In this document: positions 22,656-33,266 of the stretch, in pieces
Numbering within the stretch: position 1 is the stretch's first letter
Layout of the letters: every line of letters starts with the position of its first letter
Assembly: GCA_025594325.1 (NCBI GenBank)
Contig: JANHCV010000013.1
Location: forward strand, 1,302,001 to 1,366,000
From: Blastocladiella emersonii ATCC 22665
Taxonomy: Eukaryota; Fungi; Blastocladiomycota
DNA: 64,000 nt
Reading direction: 5' to 3'
The notes under the pieces: model-generated
Databases searched by the model: none
Seen by the model: the letters and a program-made list of their open reading frames with translations, nothing else
What the model was told of the DNA's origin: nothing
Program-made: the position numbers and the translations under genes

Positions 22656-25600
22656 CAGGGCGGCCACGTTCGGGGGCGGCCCACACCGAGCCGAGCGAGA
22701 ATCTCGGAGATCGTCGGTGCGCCCAGCCGCTGCTGCAGCGGGCGCGCCGCGCGAGGAAGAAACGAGGGCCAGAAGCCGCGGACACATAAAGTACAAGCCG
22801 AGAGAGGTAGCTGTAGCGAGAGACGACGGGCCTGCTGCTAGTCCGCGACGGGGGCGGCGACAGCAGATGGCGCGCGCGCCGCTCGAGCTCCGACCGTCGT
22901 TCCAACTTTGGGGGAAGAAGAGGGCGTGTGCGAGCAGGAGCAGCAGCTCGGCACCAGCTCGGCAGCGACGACTCGACTCGACTCGAGGTGCGCCGAGTTG
23001 GGGAGGGCAGGGCGAGCTGATTCGAAGCAGGGTCCGCAGCGTCGAGGGACGGGCGGTGGTCAAGGGCGATGGCGCGCAAACGACACTCGAAGCGGTGCAC
23101 GACCGTGAGCGGAAACGTTGGTCGGCGCGACTGACGGAGGCAGCAGGTCAGGTCGGGACGCGGTGGGGCAGAGCAGGGCGACGCGCGCGTTGGGTTACAC
23201 ACGGAGGGAGGAGTGGCGACGATTGGGGGCGACGGCGCGGACGTGCGCGTGCGAAGGCCGTCGAGCTCGCGGGCGAGGGCAAACGCGCTGGTTGGCACGT
23301 AGAGCGTGGAGTGGTGGTGGTGGCGGCGGCGGGCAAGCGCGGCGCATGCGACAGCACCCGCTCGGCCACATGCATACGGAACGAGGAGAGGACCACCAGC
23401 TGTGCTGCCGTTTGACGCCGACAGAAGGAGGTTGCTTGCTGCAGCGCTCAAGCGCGAGAGCGATGCCATGGGGCGAGCAGCCCGCGGAGCACGCTGCGGG
23501 CGAGGTTCATGCGATTCCATCAAGTTACAGTGCCACGTCGTGCCTTGCCTTGTTGACGTGCACATGGACATGGAGGTGAGCGGGGTGCCTGACCGACCGA
23601 GGCCGCGCCACGCCACACGGTGGCCATGGCCGTGGCCGCCGCGCTGCGCGTCCTTGTCAGCTGACGGCGACTGACGCGTCGCGGGGCGCGCTTCGGGAGG
23701 GAGAGGTGAGGAGGCCCGAGCCTTCCTCTTCTTCTCTCTCTTCGCCGACTGACGCCCCATGCACCATGACCATGAAAGCCGATGCAACGTGATAACTTGG
23801 TGCAACATCACGCCGGACAGGCCCTGACGCGGATCGGCGCCGTCGTGAGGTGCCCAGCCGCATCTGCTGTACCGCTACTACTGTATGACTGAGCTGAGCG
23901 TCAGTCGGACTGCTTCGTCAGCTATGCAGATGCAGCTCGTCCGTCCCCGTCGTCCTTGTCGGGAACGCCGCCTTCCGCTTGCCGTGCCCTACGTTAGTCG
24001 CGCGCGAACGTTTGCTTCAGCGGCGGGCCCCGCTAGCCAGCGTCCCTCGCTCGCTCGCCTCGTTCCGGTCCCCCTGTCGCCCCACGCCGCCGATCTGCAC
24101 TGCCGAACCTCACCCGACCACCGTGACCGCTTCGTCGTCCTCGCCAGCCACCTGCTCGTCCCCCGCTGGCATGCATTCCCGAGCCGCACGACCTCCGTTC
24201 GAGCCGACCTACATGGACGTGCTCACAGCCTCGGCAACTTCATGGCGGGCCAGGTGAGTCGTCGCCACACGCGCACGCACGAGCGGGGCCAGCGTTTGGT
24301 GTGCGCGCGAGGTGCGCGCGAGGTACGCCGCCGCGAGCGGCTACCGCGGCTCGGTGCGCTTCGGGGTCCGCTGCTGCTCGTCGGCCGCAATCGCCGCCTT
24401 TCGCACCTGCTGCTTTATGACCTCGCGCTTTCGTAGCCTAGCCCAGCTGGCGGGCGGCCTGCTGCTTCGCGAGAGCATGGATGCTGCCGCCTCGCTCAAC
24501 TGGCGGCCACGGCGGCGGGAACCCCTTGGATCGTCGCCCTTGACGTGCGCGTGCACCCGCCGTACCGCGTTGATTCACGCTTTCGCCGCGCGGCCCGAGC
24601 GAGGCCTTAGGATGCGTCCGTTGCTCAGCGTGTACACACGCGCGAGGTGAGCGTGCGTGCGTGCCGACGGCGAGCCGAATTCGCGCGCGGTCTACTACCC
24701 TCCCCGCCACCCCTGCCGACACTCTGACGAGACCGAGTGAGCGGAGGCACGCACGCGTGGTGATGATGATGTGCGGCGCCTTTGTTACGACGCTCGGGCC
24801 AGAAAGGCGCCTGTCTGGACTTGCGCGCGCTCGCGCGCGTGGCGGCCACGATGGCGCGGCGGGGGACGCTGGCCGCCGCCCGGCCCAGCCAGCCCGCCGC
24901 CCGCCGCCCGCCGCCCGCCGACTTAGACACATGAATTCCCCCAAAAACAATAATTCTTGTTTATCACTGAATCGTGATCAGGGACCATCAGGGACCCCAG
25001 AAATGCAAAAATCCCCGAGTCAAAGCATGGGGGTGTTGAGATCGTGTTCGGGCGCGCCGAGGCGAAAAAGTTTTTCACTCGCGGCCGTCGCGACGAGCTC
25101 GCGGCGCGGGTGGGCAATTCAAGCACGTAACGCTCAATCTGGCAGCTCCCGACCTGTCTCGGATCTGGCTCAAACTTTGCACGTAATCTTCTGATATATC
25201 ATGAGATATTTTAGACTAGTGAGCATAATTTTACGGCGTCGTTTGACGGCCCTGCATGCATCGGGGGTGGTTAGTTCACGTATTCGAGCTCCACCTCGCT
25301 CGCTCACTGGGTTGGCCACCGGGCCGGGCGACACTCTGCTCCCACTGCTCGGGCCCGCGACCGCGTCCACTGGCTTCGCTCGCCATCCTTTGCCCACGAT
25401 CACGATCACGATCGCCGCTAATCAGCATCATGACCGCCGGCCGGGTCGACGACCAAGGCAAAGCGCGGCAACATGGCCGCCGGGTCGACGACCAAGGCGA
25501 AGAAGCAGCAAGCAACATGGCCGACCGCCGGGTCCTGGACCTGCGTGTGGTCGACGCGGCGGCGACGCGCGAGACACGGGCGCTGTAGTGGCGGCGGTGG

Positions 25601-28600
25601 CCGTTCCAAGGCGCGCGCGCGCGAGGAGGTGTGTGCGCCGCCTCGTACGCGGGAGGAACGAGCGGCGGGTTGCCCGACGTTCATGAGCTCGCCGTCCGCG
25701 AGCTAAGCTAACCCGTTGCGTCCGTTTGATGTTCCCGTCCGGCGCGCGCCCAACCTGTCGTCGTCCAACCTGTCGTCGCCCGCGATCGCGCCCCGCGACG
25801 GCGCGCGCGCAAGTTCGGAAGTTCGGCATGCCGACCGCCGCCGAGCTGGTTGACGAGAACGAAGATCCCCACCCGACTCGTGTCCTGCGGTCGGCCGACC
25901 TCACGCGCATCGCCACGCATCGCCAAGAAGCGGGGCGGCGGCCCGCGGCAAAGGAACCGTTGGCGCTGTTTGGCGTCGACCTGCTGTCGCGCGAGGACAT
26001 GAGCTCCGAGGAGGACGGCGATGTGGCCGGCACGAAGCATCGCGGCTTGGGCGCCACCAAGTACGCGAGATTCGCGCCGAGCCGCGCCGCGCGGAAAAGG
26101 GTTGCCGATGCTGGCACGCGTCCAAGAGGGACCTGGCCCGACGCGACGACGGCAGCATAAAGTAGAAGCGGGGCCGGCTGCCGGGATGAGCCGCGGCACG
26201 CAGCGGCGCTCGAGGACGGCGACGCTCTCGCCGGGTAGCGGGGAGCATGTTTGGACGCAGCAAGGTTGAGTGAGCGTGGACGGCGACGGGTTGAAGGCGC
26301 GCACCTGAGCGCGAGAGCGAAAGCGCTGCTTCAGCCAGACGGCAAAGCAGTAGCAAGCGGTCGAGGAACACGGTGGCTCGCGAGCGACCGAGCCAAGCGT
26401 GCTGCTGCTGGCGCTGCTTCGGGTGGCAACGACCCAAGGGGCGGCGGCGGCGGCTTACAACGGGTGTGCAGCTGGCGTGTGCCAGCACACGCGGGGCAGC
26501 GGCAGCGGGCAGAGTGTCGCGTGCGCGCGGGATGGCCATGCCACCGACCGCAGCCGCTCCAGCACAACGGCCGCAGCGAGGGAGCGAGCGAGCGCGGACA
26601 TCACCACCACGGCTCACGCTGCAGTCTGACACCGTAGGAGAGAAAGTGCAGGGTGCGGTCGGCGAGGGGGCGATGCGCGCGGGGACACGATGGCGAGTCG
26701 TTTGAGCGGTGGCGCGCTCGCCGGCGGCAACAAGCGTCTAGGGTCATGCATGGGTCATGGGCGCATGGTACCGCCGCGGCGTGTGCGACGTGTTGATGTG
26801 GTATACATGGATGCGTTTCATGGAGTGGTGAGGTAATATAGCGGGTCATGATCAGGCGAGAGAGCGAGGACCGCGCGCGGCGACGAGGCGCCCTTTATAC
26901 TCCTCCGCCCGTGCCCCGCTGCCTGCCACGCGGCGGCCACCGCCACCGACAAGGACTCTGGCGCTCTGACGCGAGCAGCGAGCAGCGAGCAGCGAGCAGG
27001 TCGCTGGCTCGCGGCGGTCGCCCACAGACTTTCGACGTGCCGCTCATGCGAGGTCGCGTCGCTCACCATCCGCTGCCCTTGACATCTCGTGCGCAGCTCG
27101 GGTTGCACACGACGAAGTCTCTAGCTCTCGCGACCATCAACTTCTCAAGCACGACACCAGGACGACTACAACCTCGCTACATTCATCCCCACATCAAACG
27201 ATCGTCTACAGATCTACTCGGACTTCTTCTCGGCGGCCTCCTTGAGGACCTTGTCGAGGTCGTCCTTGGCGAGCCACTTGCCCTCGACCTCCTTGATCTT
27301 CTTCTCGAGCTCCTCGACGCGCTTGGTGAGGGCGGCCACCTCGGGCACCTTGTTCCCAGTACTGCCGCGGGCGCGGGTGATGGTGCGCTTGAGCGCGGGC
27401 TTGTCCTGCTCGGCGGCTAGCACGAGGGCCGCGTCGGCGGCGCCCGCGAACTGGGCGGGCAGGCCGTAGGGCAGGTTGGCGATGGCGGCCGTGGCCGACG
27501 CGCGCACGCGGAAGTGCGGGTCGTACAGGACCTCGGCGATCGCCTCGCCAATGGTGCGCGCGAGCGGCTCGGGGACCCACGCGGCGGCCGACGCGAGCGC
27601 CTGCACGAGGTTGGCCTTGACCGAGAACGGGAAGTCGGCGCCCATGACCGCGGCGTGCTGCGCGAGCAGGAACTCGGCCGCCTCGACGGTGCGGAACGCG
27701 GCCACGTCGTGGTACGACATGGCGCGCACCGAGTCCTTGTAGTCGGTAAACTCGGGGGTCGTGCCGGCGGCGTAGGCGGCGACGAGCGCGAAATCCTCGG
27801 GGCGGCGCTGCGCCGCGATCGCCGTGATGAGCGCCGAGCGCTGCACGTACGTCAGGTCGGCCTTGGGGTCGGCGAGCGTCGCGTGCGCAAACTTGGCGAT
27901 GGCCGGGTGCTTGAAGTTGAGGCGGTTGAAGATGAGCTTGCGCGCGACATCGTCCGTCTCCTGCGCCGCCAGATCGACGAGCAGGTCGACGGCGGGCGCG
28001 TGGCGCAGACCGGCGAGCGCCATGGCGATCTTGGCGCGGACCATGGGCATCTTCTCGGCGAGCGCGATCGGGCGCACCTTGCGCAGCGTGTAAAAGTCGG
28101 CGTCCTTGAGCAGCGTGCGGTACGCGCGGACGCGGTTGACGCAGTCGCGCGCACCCGCGGCCGTGGCGAGCAGCACGTCGTGGCCCGGGTTGAACTCGCC
28201 TTCGAAGGCGAACAGCTGGAAGCCGTCGGGGTCGACCTCGACGCGCACGGGCTTGCCGCCGGGACCCGCAGCAGTGCCGGTGTGGGCGGCAGCAACGGCC
28301 TTGGCCGAGTTGCCGTCAAACGACGCGACCGCGCGGTGCACGGCGCCGTCGGCCGTGGCAAACTCGACGGGCACGTCCATGGCGAACAGCGGGACGCCCT
28401 TGGCGGCGTCGGCCTGGGTCTGCTCGAGCGTGACGTGCGCGACGCCCTTGGCCTCGTCGTAGGCGTACTCGGCCTTGAACTTGGGGAAGCCCTTGGAGTA
28501 GAACCACTGGTCGAAGAAGCGCGTCAGGTTGAGGCCCGAGAACTCCTCGAGCACCTTGCGGAAGTCGTCGGTCTCGACCGTCTTGCCCGTGAACCGGCGC

Positions 28601-29807
28601 ACGTACTCGCCGACGGCGGGCCAGAACACGTCGTCGCCGAGCAGGCCGCGCAGCATGTGGATGCGCGCGCCGCCGCCCGGGTACAGGTGGCCGTCGAACA
28701 TGTTCCACGAGTGGTCGTACTGGCGGCAAACGACGGGGCGGAGATAGCGCTGGGTCTCGCGGATGTAGGCCTCCTGGTCGTCGAAGCGGTACATGCGGGC
28801 ACGCTGGCGCATCTCCTCGGGCGTGGCGCCGACGTGCTCCTCGACCCAGACCGACTCGATGTAGGTGGCCCACGACTCCTTGAGCCAGGCGTGCTCGAAG
28901 AAGCGGACGACGGTCTAGCGAGCGGTTCGGGTGGGCGTGCGTAAGTCGGCGGCGGTTCCAGGTGTGTTCTGGGAGAAGCGAGAGCGTACCATGTCGCCCT
29001 GGATGTCGAGAATGATGATGGGTACAAGTGGGGAAGCGAGGGGGCGCGGGTTAGTGGTCGGCGACGCGCGACGCGGTCCACTCGAGCGAGACGCGTACGA
29101 AGAGCGAGTGGGCCATCTCGTGGATGTTGATCGTGTCCATGACAAACTTGTTGTCGCGCTCGTGGGTCTTGTCCATGGCGAGGAAGCTGCCCCAGCTACA
29201 AGGGACAACGAGGTGACGAGGGTGAGTGACCAGTCGGTCGCGGCACGACGCTCCGCCCAACGATTCCGAGGACCCGCCCAACGATTCCAGGGCCCCATAT
29301 AGGTCAGGAGAACAGGAAAACACGTACGAAACAGAAGAAATGTTCTCCATGGCCCCACCAATGAATGGAGACATGACTTGGTGATACTTTGGCCACGGGA
29401 TGGGCGTAATTTTGGCGCACAACCACGAGTACATGGCCGGCGTCGAGTCCAGGCCGCGCTTGACGTCCTCAATGGCAAAGTTCTTGGGCGCATAGTACTT
29501 GATGGGCACCTCGCCGAGCGCGGTCACGGCCGGGCGGTCGTCGATGGTCTTGAAGTCGCCCACGGCGAGGAACAGCAGGTACGACGGGCACGGGAAGTCC
29601 AGGTCCCACACGGTCGTCTTGAGCGAGGCGTCCTCGGCGTTGGGGGTCGACGAGACAAGGGCGCCGTTGGCGACCGTCTCGAAGTCGGCGGGCGCCGTCA
29701 GGCGGAACGTCAGGCGCGGGCGCACCGTCGGGAAGTCGACGCACGGCAGCCAGTAGCGCGCGCGCTCCGTCTCGTGGTCCGTGATCGCGTACGTGCCGTT
29801 CGACGGC
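22656..29807 (+). repeat. Inverted duplication 2, left arm (7152 bp)
   Basis: Reverse complement of 33326-40477 (paired coordinates sum to 63133). One difference seen: T26533 versus G36600, a T/C transition. Confidence 0.97.
25433..25535 (+). repeat. Short imperfect tandem duplication (about 42-48 bp unit), mirrored in the right arm
   Basis: ccgggtcgacgaccaaggc...gcaacatggccg occurs twice, followed by a partial third ccgccgggtc. Confidence 0.7.
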
Positions 29808-30689
29808 GTGTCGACCGAGTTGAAGAAGAGGCCCGACACGGGCTTCTCGACGCGGTACGTGACGGTGATCTTGCGCTCGTCGCCCTTGGCGGCGAAGGGC
29901 TCGGCCCAGCGCAGCGTGATCTCATTGCCGTCGTACTCGAAGCCGGCGAGCTTGTCGCCCGTGACGGCGACGTTGTCGAAGCCGACGGCGTGCAGGGTCA
30001 GGCGCGTCGCGGCGTCGCCGAGGGCGGCGGCCGTCGGGACGGCGGCGTTGCAGCGGACCGTGTGGGTGACGGTGCCGTCGACGGCGTTGTTGGGGAAGTC
30101 GAAGACGAGGCCGATGTCCATGTGAACAGGCTCCAGCGTGATGTTGGGCGCATAGTGCTTGACGGCGTCGGCGGCGGCGAAGCCGGCGAGGTCGTTGTGC
30201 GGCTCGGCACCGGCGGCTTCGCCGAAGAGCTCGGCAGCGGCGCGGACGTGCGCGCAGGACGAGGAGCAGGGCATGGTTTGGTTGCGTAGCAAAGAGTGCG
30301 GGCGGGGAGCGAGGACGGCGTGCGGCGGGCGCGCTCGCTATTTGTAGGGCGGGCGGGTTGGGGAGGATCGGGAGGGGTCCGGCAGGAATCCGACGTCAGC
30401 GCGTCACAAGAGGCACAACAAGGGCGGGTCGGGGGAGGAGACGTGCCGCGAAAAGGGCCGAGGAGAACCCGCGCGCCTGCGGCACCGTCACCTGATCAAA
30501 TCGCCACACGGCCGGCCCGCCGTGCAGCGTGCGCGAGGCCCCCGTAGCTGGCGTCGTCGACGCGGAAGTTGACGCACTCGGCGGCCACCAGATCGACATG
30601 GCGGCAGCGGTGCGGGCTGGCGCGATCAGGGACCCGTGTGCCGCGAGCGCGCTGGCGCGGCGGGCGAGGTGACGGGTGAGCGACAGCAT
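27214..30689 (-). CDS. M1 family zinc aminopeptidase with a C-terminal HEAT-like helical domain, full-length copy
   Basis: GGAMEN motif and HEMAH-x18-E after splicing, using the 9-nt exon 28998-28990. ATG at 30274, with a possible upstream exon 30689-30492 joined by intron 30491-30338. Confidence 0.92.
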
Positions 30690-31315
30690 CGGCCTAATTC
30701 AGTCTAGGCTGCGAGGGAGAGCAGCACGGTGGCCCTGCGTTGCACTAAGTTACGTGGCAATCGTCCTTCTCGATGGGACGCCGATCGCGGCAGCGGGGGT
30801 GGCTCAGCATCGGCGAGCGCGCGCCCGCCGTGGCAACGCGGTCAGCTGACACCGTGTGAGCGGCGCAGCGCGTCCTTCCGCCCCGCTTCGCGTTACCCGT
30901 TACATTGCGCCCGCGCGCTCCTAGACCTCGATGCAACCCATACATTCCGCTATGCGACGTCATGCACTGACTAGCGCGAGCACTCTTTGGGCACTTGCCG
31001 CTTGCCGCTCCAGGATCCCGCCCATGGTTGAGCAACGGGACGACGACGCGCCTTCCGATTCGACTTTGACTAGCTGTTCGCGTCGCGGCCGCGACGTGCC
31101 CCATGAACACATCGCACTTACCAATCACCATTTCATTGCAGAATCCACGAGAGATCAACATGCTGAGAGGAGGAACGCGACCACTCGACTGTGCTGTTAG
31201 TCGGACAAGTTTAAGCCATGCTCGCGAGCAAAGTCATAAATGAGAGACACCCCTGGAACGTAGCTATGGCAGCTCAGGAGATCTTCATGGACTAGAAATA
31301 GCGGATAAGCAGCTG

Positions 31316-32695
31316 TTAGCAGCCGTTCGCGCGAGTGCAGATTATCAGAGAAGTGCTTGTACCTTCTCGGAACAGAGGTGTGATCCGCTCACGGCCAAGC
31401 AATGTGAGCAACTCATCAAGATTGGCGCGGCCCTCGTCAAAGCTGGAGTTGAGCACGTCGTAGATGACGAGGACGTAGTCTGAATCCTTCAAATACCCAG
31501 TTGGACGAAACTCTTTGAGGACGGTAAGGCCTGCTCCGCTGGAATGCAAAAACAGGACGGGCGCTTCGCTCGCAGAAGAATTGGGGAATTTGGAAAGGTG
31601 GTCCGCCACGTCGTGGGGGCGATCGAAGCACTCGTAAATCGCAAGACAAGCTTTAGCTGACCGGGTAGCGGCAGACTTGCACGCTTTTCCATAGGTATAT
31701 GTGCGTGGGTCGTCCGGGTTCCAGCCGTGCGCGACGAGGTAGTTGTACATTTGCAGGACGCCGGCGGCAGTCATCGGCACTGAATCAAGAAACGGATGCC
31801 GGTCATTGCTGCGCTGCACGTTTGACTCGAGTACCTGCTGCACAAGCCGGCGGCCGTCCATACCGAACCGAGACGCCGAAAAGAGTGAAAACGCGGTTTC
31901 GTGGAAGCTTTGGACTGCATACGCCGCGCAGAATTCAATGATGGTCGGCGGTAGTGCCGTATTTTTGTAGGTGTGGAGGTCGACCAATTGGCGGGACGAC
32001 TTGCCGTACAGCGAAGAGATCCCTCTCCAAACGTTGAGGTCGACCGGAATGGAAAGCAGCCCAGGGGCGGAGATGCGCATCGAATCAAGGAGATGCTCGA
32101 GCATGACCATGTCGTTAATGTCTGCAAGGAAAAGGCACAACAAGGCTACTGTGAGCACTGGCGACCGCGAGGCAGCGCGTTTGGCATAATGATCGTCAGG
32201 GCGCTGCAAAAATTCGAGGAGCTTACCAAGATGAGCAGAGAGGACGAGTGTGGATGGAGCGCGTGGAAGTGCGGCAGCGGATTGTTGCACGAGGTGAGAA
32301 ACGAACAAGTGAGAGACCACGTTCGAGCTGTTGGATTGTGCGTCAATGAAGAGGAGGTTGCAGATGTAGTCGAGATCGGAAAAAATCGACCAGTCGCTCC
32401 AACTTGCGGTTGAGGCGCCCAGCCCCAAAAAACTGGGCGACAGGTCCCAGTCATCGTCGTTCGAATGGTCGGAATCGAGGTCGTCCTCCTCCGAACCATG
32501 GAACTTACGAGCGCGCGTTGAGATCGCGCGAAATCCCCAGTTCAGAGTTACCGAGGAGTCGCGCGAGGCCTCGCTGAGTGCCCGGGACGCGACGGGGACC
32601 GTGGAGCGCAGCGCGGCGAGCTGCAGGATCATGGTGCCTGGGACCGAGTGGAAAATTGCATCAAGATTCATTTGCATGTAGTCATTGGCTTCCAT
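31316..32695 (-). CDS. Orphan protein (459 aa) with atypical codon usage in the IR2 spacer
   Basis: True ATG and a stop-free 459-codon frame in lower-GC DNA (line 31501-31560 is 32/60 GC versus 48/60 at 6181-6240). No recognised domain. Weak F-box-like FHSVPGTMILQL near the N-terminus. Confidence 0.65.
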   Translation of the reverse strand: MEANDYMQMNLDAIFHSVPGTMILQLAALRSTVPVASRALSEASRDSSVTLNWGFRAISTRARKFHGSEEDDLDSDHSNDDDWDLSPSFLGLGASTASWSDWSIFSDLDYICNLLFIDAQSNSSNVVSHLFVSHLVQQSAAALPRAPSTLVLSAHLGKLLEFLQRPDDHYAKRAASRSPVLTVALLCLFLADINDMVMLEHLLDSMRISAPGLLSIPVDLNVWRGISSLYGKSSRQLVDLHTYKNTALPPTIIEFCAAYAVQSFHETAFSLFSASRFGMDGRRLVQQVLESNVQRSNDRHPFLDSVPMTAAGVLQMYNYLVAHGWNPDDPRTYTYGKACKSAATRSAKACLAIYECFDRPHDVADHLSKFPNSSASEAPVLFLHSSGAGLTVLKEFRPTGYLKDSDYVLVIYDVLNSSFDEGRANLDELLTLLGRERITPLFREGTSTSLIICTRANGC

Positions 32696-33266
32696 TGCTG
32701 GGTGCTAGTGGTTGTCGAGGGAGCGCAAACCGTGAGAGCCGCCAGACGAGCTCAAGAACGCGAAGCAAAGGCGACGCGTTCCGATTGCCTTGACAGGGCT
32801 CTCGCGCCGCGGTCATCAACCTTTGATCAACGAAGCCAGGCTCGTCGGTCGCGTCGTTCATCCCGTCGTCAGGCTAGGGATCAAGTACCAGTGCGACCTC
32901 GGCCACTGCGCACCTGCTGATGACCAACAAGTCCCTTTCTCGTCGCTATATCGAGAAATGAAGGAAGCACACTGGCTGAGTGATATCGTGTTGCGCTCGC
33001 GACCTGGCTCATGAACACGATTGTAAGTGGGTCGTGGTCGAGACCGGATACCGGTGAGGTGAGCGCGCAACAGGCGCGTCGCGGTTGGCTGCGAGACATC
33101 GCGTGAGTGGCTGAGGCGCGCAGCCCCACCGAAACAGTTCCCTTGCGAGAAATCGCGCAGGGACGACTCGCACCTCCGCTTGACGACAAACTGGCAACCA
33201 TGGAACACCGGATTATTGGATGTAACATCGTGCAACGCTCAGCGGCGAAACGTATCATCAGGCTCC

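Noticed and set aside
24690-25275. Possible terminal inverted repeats (actaccctccccg versus the reverse complement of cgggggtggttagt) around the AT-rich block
   Set aside because: Too short and mismatched in GC-rich DNA, with no target-site duplication.
22656-27180. Numerous 60-500 aa ORFs in the gene-poor part of the IR2 arms, including 26601-26849 downstream of a TATAAAG at about 26893-26899 on the minus strand
   Set aside because: No host codon bias or recognisable motifs. 25726-26160 is somewhat protein-like but cannot be assembled into a supported gene.
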